From NCBI GenBank assembly GCA_951406725.2, contig CATOCA020000001.1, positions 8,370,001 to 8,434,000 of the forward strand: a stretch of DNA of 64,000 nucleotides, given 5' to 3'. The translations under genes and the position numbers were made by a program. Below the pieces are notes generated by a model that made no database searches, was not told the DNA's origin, and saw nothing but the letters and a program-made list of their open reading frames with translations. Shown piece by piece: positions 12,509-25,903 of the stretch; position 1 is the stretch's first letter; every line of letters begins with the position of its first letter. This stretch comes from Octopus vulgaris (lineage: Eukaryota).

Positions 12509-12794
12509 TTAAACTTAAATTTTGAAGTGAATCGAACGGCTTTTGTGTGTTTCTTAAATGACTTACAAACACCTTCCACGATGCAATTGTTTTCGTTTCA
12601 GCACACGATCTCAGATCAAATCACTTGCTATGCAAGTACATCTCCGTAGTATATATATATATATATATATATAGATATATATATATATATATATATACTA
12701 ATAATTTGAGGGAATATTATTCCAAACTTACAGGGAAAAATTCAGTTTAGAAGTATTAATTCAAATTTCACAAAATATAATATAATATAATATA

Positions 12795-12825
<31 letters not shown>

Positions 12826-12829
12826 TATA

Positions 12830-13209
12830 CATAGGTGCAGGAGTGGCTGTGTGGTAAGTAGCTTGCTAACCAACCACACGGTTGCGGGTTCAGTCCCACT
12901 GCGTGGCATCTTGGGCAAGTGTCTTCTGCTATAGCCCCGGGCCGACCAATGCCTTGTGAGTGGATTTGGTAGACGGAAACTGAAAGAAGCCTGTCGTATA
13001 TATGTATATATATGTATATGTGTGTGTGTTTGTGTGTCTGTGTTTGTCCCCCTAGCATTGCTTGACAACCGATGCTGGTGTGTTTAGGTCCCCGTCACTT
13101 AGCGGTTCGGCAAAAAGAGACCGATAGAATAAGTACTAAAAGGTGGTGCTCCAGCATGGCCGCAGTCAAATGCCTGAAACAAGTAAAAGAGTAAAAAAGA
13201 GTAAAAAGA

Positions 13210-13284
<75 letters not shown>

Positions 13285-14020
13285 CGCAGGAGTGGCTGTG
13301 CGGTAAGTAACTTGCTTACCAACCACATGGTTCCGGGTTCATTCTCACTGCGTGGCACCTTGGGCAAGTGTCTTCTACTATAGCCTCGGGCCGACCAAAG
13401 CCTTCTAAGTGAATTTGGTAGACGGAAACTGGAAGAAGCCCGTCGTATATATGTCTATATATGTATATATATGTATGTATGTATATGTTTGTGTATCTGT
13501 GTTTGTCCCCCCACCATTGCTTGACGACCGATGGTGGTGTGTTTATGTCCCTTAACTTAGCGGTTCAGCAAAAGAGACCGATAGGATAAGTACTGGGCTT
13601 ACAAAGAATAAGTCCCAGGGTCGAATTGTTCGACTAAAGGCGATGCTCCACCATGGCCGTAGTCAAATTACTGAAACAAGTAAAAGAGTAAAAAAGTATA
13701 TATATGTAGGCGCAGGAGTGGCTGTGTGGTAAGTAGCTTGCTAACCAACCACATGGTTCCGGGTTCAGTCCCACTGCGTGGCATCTTGGGCAAGTGTCTT
13801 CTACTATAGCCCCGGGCCGACCAATGCCTTGTGAGTGGATTTGGTAGACGGAAACTGAAAGAAGCCTGTCGTATATATGTATATATATGTATGTATGTTT
13901 CTGTGTCTGTGTTTGTCCCCCCATTGCTTGACAACCGATGCTGGTGTGTTTACGTCCCCGTCACTTAGCGGTTCGGCAAAAAGAGACCGATTGAATAAGT
14001 ACTGGGCTTACAAAGAATAA
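12830..14020 (+). mobile_element. Three head-to-tail SINE family A copies (12830-13210, 13281-13698, 13707-14020)
   Basis: Each starts (TA)GGYGCAGGAGTGGCTGTGYGGTAAG with A/B boxes and shares the body and tail; the third is 3'-truncated. Confidence 0.9.
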
Positions 14021-14108
14021 ATGTAGGTCCCGGGTTGATTCGGGGTTAACCACAGTAAATAAGGTACTCAATACATAGCAGAGTAAAATTAATTTATTAT
14101 ATAGAAGG

Positions 14109-14159
14109 AGCTTCTACAGGACTAGAACTGTTTCATTCAAGAGAAATCATCAGGAAGCT
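14109..14159 (-). ncRNA. Hammerhead ribozyme-like motif (inverted copy of 17615-17665)
   Basis: Exact reverse complement of 17615-17665. Confidence 0.7.
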
Positions 14160-14430
14160 AGTTAACAAGAATTGTTTTGGCATTTATACATTTAGGCAGG
14201 TTTAAAGGGGTGGTGGTGGGATACTTTTTGGAGGTAGGCATAGCGCAAAAATATCATACTTAGGGGAGTGGTCAAGGAGTCAGTGGTAAAGTAGATAAAA
14301 GAATAAATAAAAGAATAAAAGAATAAATAGAAGAATAGAGTTTTAGGTAAATAAGGAGACTCTCACTTATACATACACACATATGTATATATACACACAC
14401 ACACACACATATACATACACACATATACAT

Positions 14431-14478
<48 letters not shown>

Positions 14479-15291
14479 ATATACACACTCGCCCACACAT
14501 ACATATACATACATATATATACATACACACACATACACATACACACATACACACACATATATACATACACACATGCACACACATGTCCATATACACACAC
14601 ATATATATATACATATGAGTACCTATACATACCTACACATACACACATATACATACACATACAAACCCATTCCCTTATTTTAATTTTATTATTATTTTTA
14701 TTATTACTTTTGTTATCTTTGACCGCGGTCACAAACATCTTGGCTGTCGTCCCCAGGGAATGGTCAAAGTCCATTTATCTTTCTACTCGAACACAAACAC
14801 TCACTCCCGCACACACACTCATTCGCACGCACACACACTCATTCGTACACTCATATATACATATATACATATATACTTGAGTATGCGTTTGTATGCATGT
14901 ATGTATTTATGTATATAAGGTGGCGCATGAGTGTGTGTATAGGTATGCACTTGTATAGAAATATGTATACATTTATGCATGTATGTACTTATGTGTATAT
15001 ACGTGTATATGTGTGTATGTGTATGTGTGTGTGTGTATGAGTATGTATGTATGTATACACACATATATATATATATATATATATCTATGTGTGTATGTAT
15101 ATATATGTGTGTGTATGTGTGTATATGTATATATGTGTATGTATGTGTATGTGTGTGTATATATATATATATGTGAATGTGTGTGTATATGTATATATAT
15201 ATATATATGTGTGTGTATGTGTGTGTATATATGTATGTGTAAGTGCGTATATGTTTTTTTGTATGTATATGTATATATGTGTATGTGTGTG

Positions 15292-15376
<85 letters not shown>

Positions 15377-15786
15377 GCGTGTACGCTCGTGTGTTTATGT
15401 ATATGTAGGTATGTAGAGTTATGTATGTATGTATGTATATATACATATGTGTAAATAGGTATATATGTGTAAGTTTATATGTATGTATCCGTCTGTATAA
15501 TAAGTAACTGCACGTATATATATTTAATATTTATTATTTATTTTTTGAGTATGCATGTATGTATATGAATAACTGCACGTATATATATTTATTATTTATT
15601 TTTTGAGTATGCATGTAAGTATATGAACATAAGGAGGCGCGTGTGTGTGCGTGTATGTGTATGCATATGTATAAATATATGTATACTTTTACACATGTGT
15701 GTACTTTATGTGTATATACGGATGCGTGTGTGTGTGTGTGTATGTGTACGCATATATATGTGTATATGTGTGTATGTATATGTATA

Positions 15787-15823
<37 letters not shown>

Positions 15824-16556
15824 AATATTAGGGAATAAATCCAAATTTACAGGCAAAAAAATCAGATTTAGGATTAAATCCAATTTTATAGTAAAATATT
15901 ATAAAATATTATTAGAGACAAAACCACTATTTTGCAAAACAAACGAGGAAAGACTTAATCAATACATAAAATTTTAATAAATAGTCAATAAAATATATAT
16001 CTTTCTACTCGAACACAAACACTCACTCACTCACGCACACACACTCATTCGCACGCACACACACTCATTCGTACACTCATACACATACACACACGCACGT
16101 GTTATATTCATACATACATACATCTACATACATTCACGTATATACACATACGTACGCGTACCTACAGATTCATGACTACACGCTTACACATACATACCTC
16201 AATACACCCACAGAAGACTAGTCCATACATATACACCAATAAATATATATATATATATGTATATATGTATATGTATGTATATGTGTATATATATGTATAT
16301 GTATATGTGTGGGTGTGTGTATGTGTATATGTATGTATATGTGTATATATATGTATATGTATATGTGTGGGTGTGTGTATGTGTATATATGTATGTATGT
16401 ATAGGCGTATGTATATGTATGTATATATACGTATATATATGTGTATGTGTATGTATGTGTATGTAGGTGTATATTTATTGACTATTTATTAAAATTTTAT
16501 GTATTGATTAAGTCTTTCCTTGTTTGTTTTGCAAAATAGTGGTTTTGTCTCTAATA

Positions 16557-16601
<45 letters not shown>

Positions 16602-17301
16602 ATGTATGTATATGTGTATATATATGTATGTGTTTATGTGTGGGTGTGTGTATGTGTATATATGTATGTATGTATAGGCGTATGTATATGTATGTATATA
16701 TACGTATATATATGTGTATGTGTATGTATGTATGTAGGTGTATATGTATATGTGTATATATATTTATTGGTGTATATGTATGGACTAGTCTTCTGTGGGT
16801 GTATTGAGGTATGTATGTGTAAGCGTGTAGTCATGAATCTGTAGGTACGCGTACGTATGTGTATATACGTGAATGTATGTAGATGTATGTATGTATGAAT
16901 ATAACACGTGCTTGTGTGTATGTGTATGAGTGTACGAATGAGTGTGTGTGCGTGCGAATGAGTGTGTGTGCGTGAGTGAGTGTTTGTGTTCGAGTAGAAA
17001 GATAAATGGACTTTGACCATTTCCTGGGGACGACAGCCAAGATACTTGTGACCGCGGTCAAAGATAACAAAATTAATAATAAAAATAATAATAAAATTAA
17101 AATAAGGGAATGGGTTTGTATGTGTATGTATATGTGTGTATGTGTAGGTATGTATAGGTACACATATGTATATATATATGTGTGTGTATATGGACATGTG
17201 TGTGCATGTGTGTATGTATATATGTGTGTGTATGTGTGTATGTGTATGTGTGTGTATGTATATATATGTATGTATATGTATGTGTGGGCGAGTGTGTATA
17301 T

Positions 17302-17347
<46 letters not shown>

Positions 17348-17614
17348 GTGTGTGTGTATGTATATGTGTGTATGTATATGTCTGTGTGTGTATATATATA
17401 CATATGTGTATATGTATAAGTGAGAGTCTCCTTATTTACCTAAAACTCTATTCTTCTATTCATTCTTTTATTCTTTTATCTACTTTACCACTGACTCCTT
17501 GACCACTCCCCTAAGTATGATATTTTTGCGCTATGCCTACCCCCAAAAAGTCCCCCACCACCACCCCTTTAAACCTGCCTAAATGTATAAATGCCAAAAC
17601 AATTCTTGTTAACT

Positions 17615-17665
17615 AGCTTCCTGATGATTTCTCTTGAATGAAACAGTTCTAGTCCTGTAGAAGCT
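17615..17665 (+). ncRNA. Type I hammerhead ribozyme-like motif (canonical core, GUA cleavage triplet)
   Basis: agcttc CTGATGA t-ttc-tctt-gaa-t GAAA cag-ttctagtc-ctg TA gaagct. Stem I is a perfect 6 bp; the stem III loop contains CTAG. Confidence 0.72.
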
Positions 17666-17679
17666 CCTTCTATATAATA

Positions 17680-17728
<49 letters not shown>

Positions 17729-17942
17729 TATATGTTTGTATGTATGTATGTATGTCGACCACAATATACAATTTAATTTAAATTGGTTGATTCTCTCAAT
17801 TTCGATCCCTTTTGATAAAGACAAGGAATTCTGTCTTCTCGGTAATTCAGAACTATTATTTATGTTTTCTAAAACTTCCCTTGTTATAGATTGTGTATAA
17901 CGATGCTGGTAGTGTGTTTATATATGTGCATGTGTGCCAGTG

Positions 17943-17975
<33 letters not shown>

Positions 17976-18528
17976 TTTGATACTTTGATACTTTGATAGG
18001 TTTCGGCCATTATTGGCCCAGGCCATGTCTAACTTAATAGCACATATATATATAAGTCTATGTATGTATATAAATTTATATGGTATTTGAGTGTATATAC
18101 ATATATACATATTTACATACACACACACATAGGTAGATAGATAGATAGATGTCGGAAGGTAGATAGATAAACAAATTCATGTGAATACATATATATATAT
18201 ATATATATGCTCCACACAAAGGGTTTCATTCAGTTTCTATCTACCAATCGGCACATACGGCTGTAGTTGGCCACAACTTCTTACCACACCGACACATTTG
18301 GAAGCACATAATCGTTGATCAAGCAGACATGATCACAACCATTCCATCCACGACCATCTTGACGATTTACATGCATTTAGAATTACACTACGTAATCTGT
18401 CATACGATATAAGACTAAGGTGAGATTTGGGCTAAAATTTGGCTGCTATTTCTTGTAGATCAAATGAACCCCACAAATCCAATCCTTACATGCTTCTGTA
18501 TATGTTTGTGTGTGTGCGTCTATGCTCA

Positions 18529-18630
<102 letters not shown>

Positions 18631-18907
18631 TTTGTGTGTGTGTGTTCTGTGTGTGTGTCCTGTTCTGCTTGTAAGTAAAGCCTTTTGTCAGCGTTGTAAA
18701 TTTAATCTCGCAAAAGCGACGAAGTATTTTATCTGGAAATTAGGTCGAGTGTTTATGACATTCCTCTTGTGTTGCATGGCTGCCATGGTATGTACAAGCG
18801 GGGAAGGCCATTGTCGCTCCTAAGAGAAGTCATTATGTAAATAATGTCAGTAGAAAGAAGATAAGATAATTCAATATTTGAAGTGGTGTGCAAAGTTGTT
18901 TGAATGT

Positions 18908-19319
<412 letters not shown>

Positions 19320-19345
19320 AGTGTGTGTATGTGTGTGTGTGTATG

Positions 19346-19380
<35 letters not shown>

Positions 19381-19385
<5 letters not shown>

Positions 19386-20637
19386 TTTGTCTGGAAAGTT
19401 CTGAGTGATTTGAATAAGCAGAAAGGCTATAAGTAATTTAGCTTTTAAGTAATTGTATTTAATGAAATATTTTCTGTTTTTATTAATGACCTCTGCTCAT
19501 CTATCTGGCAATTCAGATATTCCATTAGTAAAGAATTTGACTAATTTTGAAGAGAAAAAAGCTATCTAGATGCATCTTCACTCCATCTAAATCGTTAAAT
19601 GTTTTGCCTTACAATGAGTTCTATAGAGACAAAAACATGACAATGGTTGATTGAAGTAAGAGATCCCAGCCAAGTTCATGTCACTTTGTTCGGTTATCCA
19701 AAGAGACATGCGGTCGGGCATTGCCTGGTTGAAACACTACCCCTTTCCTATTGGTAATTTCCGGCCTCAAGTCTTTGGTTATTTTGATTCAAATTACCCA
19801 CCTGACGACTGTACACATCAGAATTAATGGTCTGGTCTTGTGGGAGAAACTCATAATAAATAATGCCTTTGTGATCCCACCAAACACAAAGCATATTTTT
19901 TTCGATGTGGGTATTCGTCTTTGGCAGCTGTTTTAGGGATCATCACGCAAATACCAGGATCTTTTGGGCACGGCGTTTTCGTACACAATCCAGTTTTCAT
20001 CTCCAGTCACATGTTTCTTAAAAAAGCATGTTTCATTTCGTTTCAAAAACATATTACAAATGGAATACCAGTCCAAGCAATTATTTGCTCAGATCTGTGT
20101 GGGACCCATACATTATAACGAGAAATGCATCCTAGCTTCCCAATGTGTTCCTGAGCTGTACTTGTAGAAACTTCCAATTCCTCTGCAAGTTCTCTAGTCG
20201 TGATATTTGAGCTCTCTTCGATGTTTGCCTTCAAATCATCTTCATCCAATGTTGAAAGTCTTCCACTGCGGCCGTCATCTTTCAAGCTAAACTCTCCAGC
20301 TTTAAATTTTGCAAACCACCTTCGAATCGTTGATTCACCTACAACATGGTCACAATTAAACTTCACAAATGTTTTTGAAAGTCTTTGCAGAATTTTGTCC
20401 TTTTTTTAAAAGAAAGGCATTACAATGGGAATATAAAGTTTTCGGTTATCTAATCCGAATGTCAATAAAGGGTAACCGGAATGAAATATAAATCTATTTT
20501 TAGCCAGGAACAAAGAATAGATGCACTACCACTTCAAGCAACGCCAAAGTTTCAATTGTGTTACGTTTCAGGTGTGTTCAATGAAGCGTTAAAAGATTTA
20601 GCTTAAACACCCCCACAACTTTCCGGACAACCTAGTA
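19381..20637 (-). mobile_element. Mariner (Tc1/mariner) DNA transposon, near full length, decayed
   Basis: TIR-like ends TTGTCTGGAAAGTT and AACTTTCCGGACAACCTA. Transposase ESTIRRWFAKFKAGEFSLKDDGRSGR...WVPH and a degenerate NARPH motif. Confidence 0.88.
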
Positions 20638-20913
20638 TACGCACAAGGAGCAAGGAGGACGGTTTTAAAAAAGAAAAACATGACATATATTGATGAGAGA
20701 TCTAAAAGCATTTAGGAAAGATCAAATGTACATTTGAGACTTATGAAAACAAAAATTAAACAGTCCTCCATATTCTACCAACATGCCAAAGACCGAACTG
20801 AAGGCACACTAGGCCGACTTCACACCCGCATTTTATCGTAGAAGGTAGTGACACCCCAATCCCACACTATATACAGATACACAGATACAAAGGTAGATTT
20901 GTCAGTTGACTGT

Positions 20914-20971
<58 letters not shown>

Positions 20972-21122
20972 GAAATATTAAAATTACTAAGTCTCTCTAA
21001 AGGAGATTACGGCAGCGTTACTAGATATTAATAGTTATCGCCAAACTAATATGGCAGTCCATAAATATAAGACTAAAGCTGTCGCTGATTAGCTCCAAGA
21101 GGCCATCGCCTCTAGCTAGCTA

Positions 21123-21164
<42 letters not shown>

Positions 21165-21170
<6 letters not shown>

Positions 21171-21565
21171 GTTGTCCGGAAAGTTCGTGCCAATTCTTAA
21201 AGGAAAGGAAAAGGTTAATAAATACTTGCCATTACATTTTTAATCAACCAAATATGAACTACAATGCGTTTCCATCTTCCCTTTAACTTGAAAATACCCT
21301 CTTCCCAGAATTGGGGTGTTTTCATGGCAAAGAATTCATCAAGGTATGTTTTTACATCATCCAAGGAATTAAAATTTTTAGCATTAAGACTATTCTGCAG
21401 AGACCTGAATAAGTGGAAATCCGAAGGAGCAATATCTGGTGAATATGGAGGGTTGGGTAACACATCCTAGCCGAGCTGCAGCAATTTTTGTCTGTTTCCC
21501 AAAGAAACGTGTGGTCTTGCATTATCATGTTGAAAAACAACACCCTTCCTGTTGGTCAATTCTGA
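21165..21565 (-). mobile_element. Mariner transposase 3' fragment with TIR
   Basis: FQHDNARPH...PPYSPDIAPSDFHLFRSLQN...WKRIV; TIR GTTGTCCGGAAAGTTCGTGCC next to (TA)n. Confidence 0.9.
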
Positions 21566-22135
21566 TTAATATGAATTGAGCACAAGTGGTGTAGCATATA
21601 AGATCATAGCGGATCTTCCTCTAGCAAATATGATGACCAGTATTAATGGCTGATCCCTGTTATATAAATACTTTCACTTTAATTGTTGCACACTTGCAAA
21701 GAGAATGGAGGAGAAAGTGTAGTGGTAATGGTAGGAGTGAAGCACTTGAAATGAAAGAGGGAAATCGTAAAATATCGAGTTTACTCGAATTTTTGCTTAA
21801 TTGGGGGTCAAATTGAAAAAACTTTACATGCCATGACCCAATGGAATCTACTTGCAAAAATCATAGATAAATTCCAATTGAAGAAATTCTATATTGTACA
21901 ATTGTATAAAAAACAAACGATTTGGGAGGCAGAGAAAATCTGCCTTTTATCATAGGAGGTATAAATTAAATTAGAGCTAAAACCACTATTAGGCAAATCA
22001 AACAGTGAAAAGCATAAACCAAAACATAAAAGTAAATATAATTAATATAATATATAAAATATATAAAATATAAAATTTAAATTATCTAGATTTAATTTTT
22101 TAAAATTTATATTTATAAATTTTAAAATATGTCTT

Positions 22136-22179
<44 letters not shown>

Positions 22180-22241
22180 TATATATAAATTAATCCTAAA
22201 TCTAATTTTTTCCTGTAAGTTGGATTTACTCCCTAGTATTA

Positions 22242-22358
<117 letters not shown>

Positions 22359-22443
22359 GAAGGTGGGAAATAGCACAGAATTAGTTCAAAGACATTTCAA
22401 TTTCAGAGGGGATTTAATAAAAGATTTATATAAATAAAATATT

Positions 22444-22484
22444 AATATTACCGGTTTCGATGTATTTCATCTTATCAAATATCA
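22444..22484 (-). ncRNA. Minimal hammerhead ribozyme-like motif, U3-A8 core
   Basis: Minus strand reads tgatat TTGATAA gatg-aaata-catc GAA accggt A atatta. All three stems pair and stem III is palindromic. Confidence 0.68.
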
Positions 22485-22724
22485 GGAGAAAGTTATATAT
22501 ATATAAGAATATTAGGGAATATAATTCCAAACTTACTGGGAAAAATTCAATTTAGGAATTCTAAATCAAATTTCAAAATATATAATATATATATATATAT
22601 ATTATTTAAAGAAAAACCTCTATTAAGCAAATCCAATAGTGAAAGACCTTATTCACATCATATAGAAAAACAATGCAATTTGGATGATGTAGTTTATAAA
22701 TGTGTAGTGACTTTGATATATAAT

Positions 22725-22852
22725 ACTAGGAATGATTATAATTTAGATGCGTTTTACATAAGGTCGATTTCTAATAATAGGAACGATTATAATTTAAATG
22801 CGTTTTACATAGCGTCGACTTCTGATAATAGGAAAGGTTATAATTTAAATTA
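22725..22852 (+). repeat. 51-bp tandem repeat, ~2.5 copies
   Basis: The unit aggaatgattataatttagatgcgttttacataaggtcgatttctaataat is repeated with substitutions. Confidence 0.85.
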
Positions 22853-23619
22853 CTTATATAATAACTTTAACTAATTTGTGTGAATATGTAAACCCTATTT
22901 TATGATACTAATTGTTGTAGTTATAATTTCTAGGAGTATAATGTGTATAAATTACACGTAATCATATAGTGTATATTACATAATTAGAATAAGATTAAAC
23001 TAAGAAGTTTATAAAATAAATGCATAAAGTAATGAATATAGATTATAGTATAGAAATTTAGCTTACTTTATGTATCATATGTGTTTTACGTATTTTAATT
23101 TTAAATTATTTAGACTTTAAAATTGTCCAAACAGTCTTTTTTTCTTATTCGCACAGCTAAAATATATTTTGTCATTTTTACAGCTAAAATACATATTTCT
23201 ATAAATTTATTCTATAATTTTTATTTATGCCACGATGGGAATGATAGGGAAGGTAGAGTAGGAATTTGTAGGGGTGGGGTAGAATTATGGGGGAGGGTTG
23301 ACTAAGAAGGGGGGAGGGGAAGGGGGGTATGTGAGAAGAGAGAGAGAGAGGAAGAGAGGATAAAAGAGTAGGGGTGAAGAGAAGTAGGATACGGGAGAAG
23401 AGGGGAGAGTTGGGTGAGAGGAAGTAGGAGGGAGGGGGAGAGAGTCAAGGGGAGGAGAGTTGAGCCCAAAGTGCGTAAAGGAGCGAAAAGAGAAGATTGT
23501 GCGCGTGTATTTATGTATGTATGTAAGCATATGCATATAATTATACACTTGTACATACACACACATACATATATATATATTTATAAGATTCAACTACATC
23601 AAATTACATGCGGTCAAAT

Positions 23620-24180
23620 GATACTTTGTCTTAGGGATCGTATGGGTAAAGTATTTCCTAATTTATCAACCAATTACACTGATGTAAAATGGCCATGTGA
23701 AACAACTCTACCAGCCCCCACTAATGAAATGGTCGATAAACTCTATAATGAAATTCTTCAAAAGTCAACAGGTACAAGAAAAATGACTTTCGATCAATTG
23801 ACAACAGTCGATCAAGATGAGGTTGTTCAACACCCTGTTGAATTTCTCAACCCACTGGGACGCCACCGCATAATTTGACACTAAAACTCGGTGCTCCCAT
23901 TTTGCTGCTTAGGATTCTTGAACCATCTCACCCGTGTAATGGAACTCGCTTAATTTTTACTCCTGGGGTGCTTCAACAAAGACAGATTTTCAATTCTAAA
24001 TTCTGTTATCATTACCATTTGAATATTGCTCAATAAAATCTAGAAATTTTGAAATAAATATGAGAATATAAGAGATCGACTCAGTAGTTGTACTGACAAG
24101 TAATATTCTTTATATTTATTGTTTACTAATGTGAATAAGAACAGCAGTAACCCAGGTAACCTAGGTAACACTACGAAAAA
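23620..24180 (+). mobile_element. Helitron remnant: PIF1-type helicase fragment and probable 3' hairpin
   Basis: VFPNLSTNY...APTNEMVDKLYNEIL...HPVEFLN, then after a frameshift PPHNLTLKLGAPILLLR...CNGTRLI. A degenerate hairpin aacccaggtaacctaggt lies at ~24149. Confidence 0.8.
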
Positions 24181-24600
24181 CTAATGCGTGTCACCACCTC
24201 AACGTGGTAGTTCTGCATAGAACAATATTACTATTTATTTTTAACCCCAGGAGGATACTTTCTCCATCTGGTTAACGACACAACAGATATAATCTTTTCG
24301 ACCACATTACTTTTTTTAAAAAACCTGTTGTTTATTCTATTGGTATCTTTTGCTGAATCATTAAATTTCGGGAAAGTAAATATACCATCACCGGTTACCA
24401 AGCTGTAGCTGGGGCGGGTGCACACACACAGACACACACACAGATATATACATACTTAAATACGGCGGCTTTCTTTCGGTTTCTACTTACTATTTCCACT
24501 TACAAGGTTTTGGTCGCCCCAAGTGTATAATAGAGGACACTCACCAAAGTGCGATGCTATGGGACTGAATTAGAAAGTATGTGGCTGCGGAGCAAGGTTA

Positions 24601-24674
<74 letters not shown>

Positions 24675-24742
24675 GTGTCTTTATATATATATATATATAT
24701 GTATATATAAAGACACACAAACATTTATATATATATATATAT

Positions 24743-24968
24743 ATTGTGTAGGTGCATGATTATTGCGGCATATTTCAACAAATTTTATTCAACAAAAACA
24801 ATAATATGTAACAAAAACATCTTTAAATGATTATTCCGGAGCATATTCACCATCTACTTCAATAACTGCTTCCCATTTGCTTGACAGACGGTCAGACCGT
24901 CATTAAAAATTGTTTTTGTTGAATAAATGTTGCTGAAAAAAGTCGCAATAAATATGCACCTACACAAT
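24743..24968 (-). mobile_element. Mariner-derived MITE
   Basis: TIRs ATTGTGTAGGTGCAT...ATGCACCTACACAAT; the interior is homologous (inverted) to 39805-40045. Confidence 0.8.
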
Positions 24969-24991
24969 GCGTGTGTATGTATGAATATATG

Positions 24992-25026
<35 letters not shown>

Positions 25027-25720
25027 GTATGTATGTGTTATGTAAGTATGTATGTGTGTGTGTGTATGTACATATAGCCTTCTACTGCGTACGTAAATTT
25101 GTACATCTCTTGTATTTACTATTCTATGATTCAAAGGAATCGTATTATTGTTTAGTGACGTAAAGTTTGGTGATATTTAGAAAAAGTTGTAATTGTTATA
25201 CTGGACCGGTTTCTAATGAAGTTTCATTGTTGGATAAAATGAAACCCCATCACTGAATTTAGAGAGAAGAAAAAATGAATTCAATGTTACAGTATTTATT
25301 AAGGATTTGTTAAATATTTTATTTTAGAATATTCACAATTATCTATAAAAGGCAAAATAATAATTTTCAGTCAGTGATGCACAGCACTTCAGAAGCAATA
25401 TAAATATGTGCATATATGAATATGGGTGTATAAATATGTGTGCATATCCCTTTCTCTCTATCTTTAAACTACTTAGTGAGGGTGCAGTACAAATAAAAGG
25501 CCACTGAAACAAAAATATATCAATTTATTTGAAAGCTAGCAAAAGCAAAATGCTGTAATTAAAATGTACTGGGCTTACAAAGAATAAGTCGCGGGGTCGA
25601 TTTGCTCGTCTAAAGGTGGTGCTCCGGCATGGCCGCAGTCAAATGACTGAAACAAGTAATAGAGTAAAGAGTATATATATCATATATAATCAAAATAAGG
25701 AACAAGGATATCCAGAGGTA

Positions 25721-25810
25721 ATGCAGTACGATCGTTTCATATGACTCCATTTAATTGAACAAAGTATGTACTACATCAGTTTTAAAATGTACGGTAATCT
25801 TCAGGTGCAT
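25721..25810 (-). ncRNA. Hammerhead-like motif with an expanded stem II region
   Basis: Minus strand reads atgcac CTGAAGA [~59 nt] GAA acgatcgt A ctgcat. Stem III is palindromic; stem I has one mismatch. Confidence 0.45.
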
Positions 25811-25903
25811 ATAAATATAGAATTTAGTCAAATTTAAAAGATTCATTTTTATAGTCATTCCATTAACCGAAATCACAAAGAAGGTAAGTAGGTAGACAGA
25901 GAG

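Larger units (their letters stand above)
11122..12650 (-). mobile_element. 5'-truncated Penelope-like element with inverted pseudo-LTR copy, flanked by (TA)n
   Basis: The GIY-YIG ORF is flanked by inverted repeats 11122-11324 and 12388-12591, each carrying a hammerhead-like motif, with (TA)n on both sides. Confidence 0.88.
14093..17681. repeat. Large inverted duplication (~760 bp arms, 14093-14855 and 16925-17681) with nested internal inverted repeats
   Basis: The arms are reverse complements with few substitutions and indels. Inner pairs are 15999-16250/16755-17003 and 15897-15991/16473-16565. Confidence 0.92.

Noticed and set aside
13160-13190. SINE-A tail (AGTC-AAAT-GACT GAAAC AA GTA in most copies) resembling half a hammerhead
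   Set aside because: There is no CUGANGA-type core or stem I upstream in any copy; it is more likely a LINE-derived 3' stem-loop.
25198-25295. Minus-strand 15-bp stem followed by GAAACCGGTC with flanking atactg/cagtat pairing
   Set aside because: The layout is hammerhead-like but no 5' core (NUGANNA) is in position; at best it is a decayed copy.
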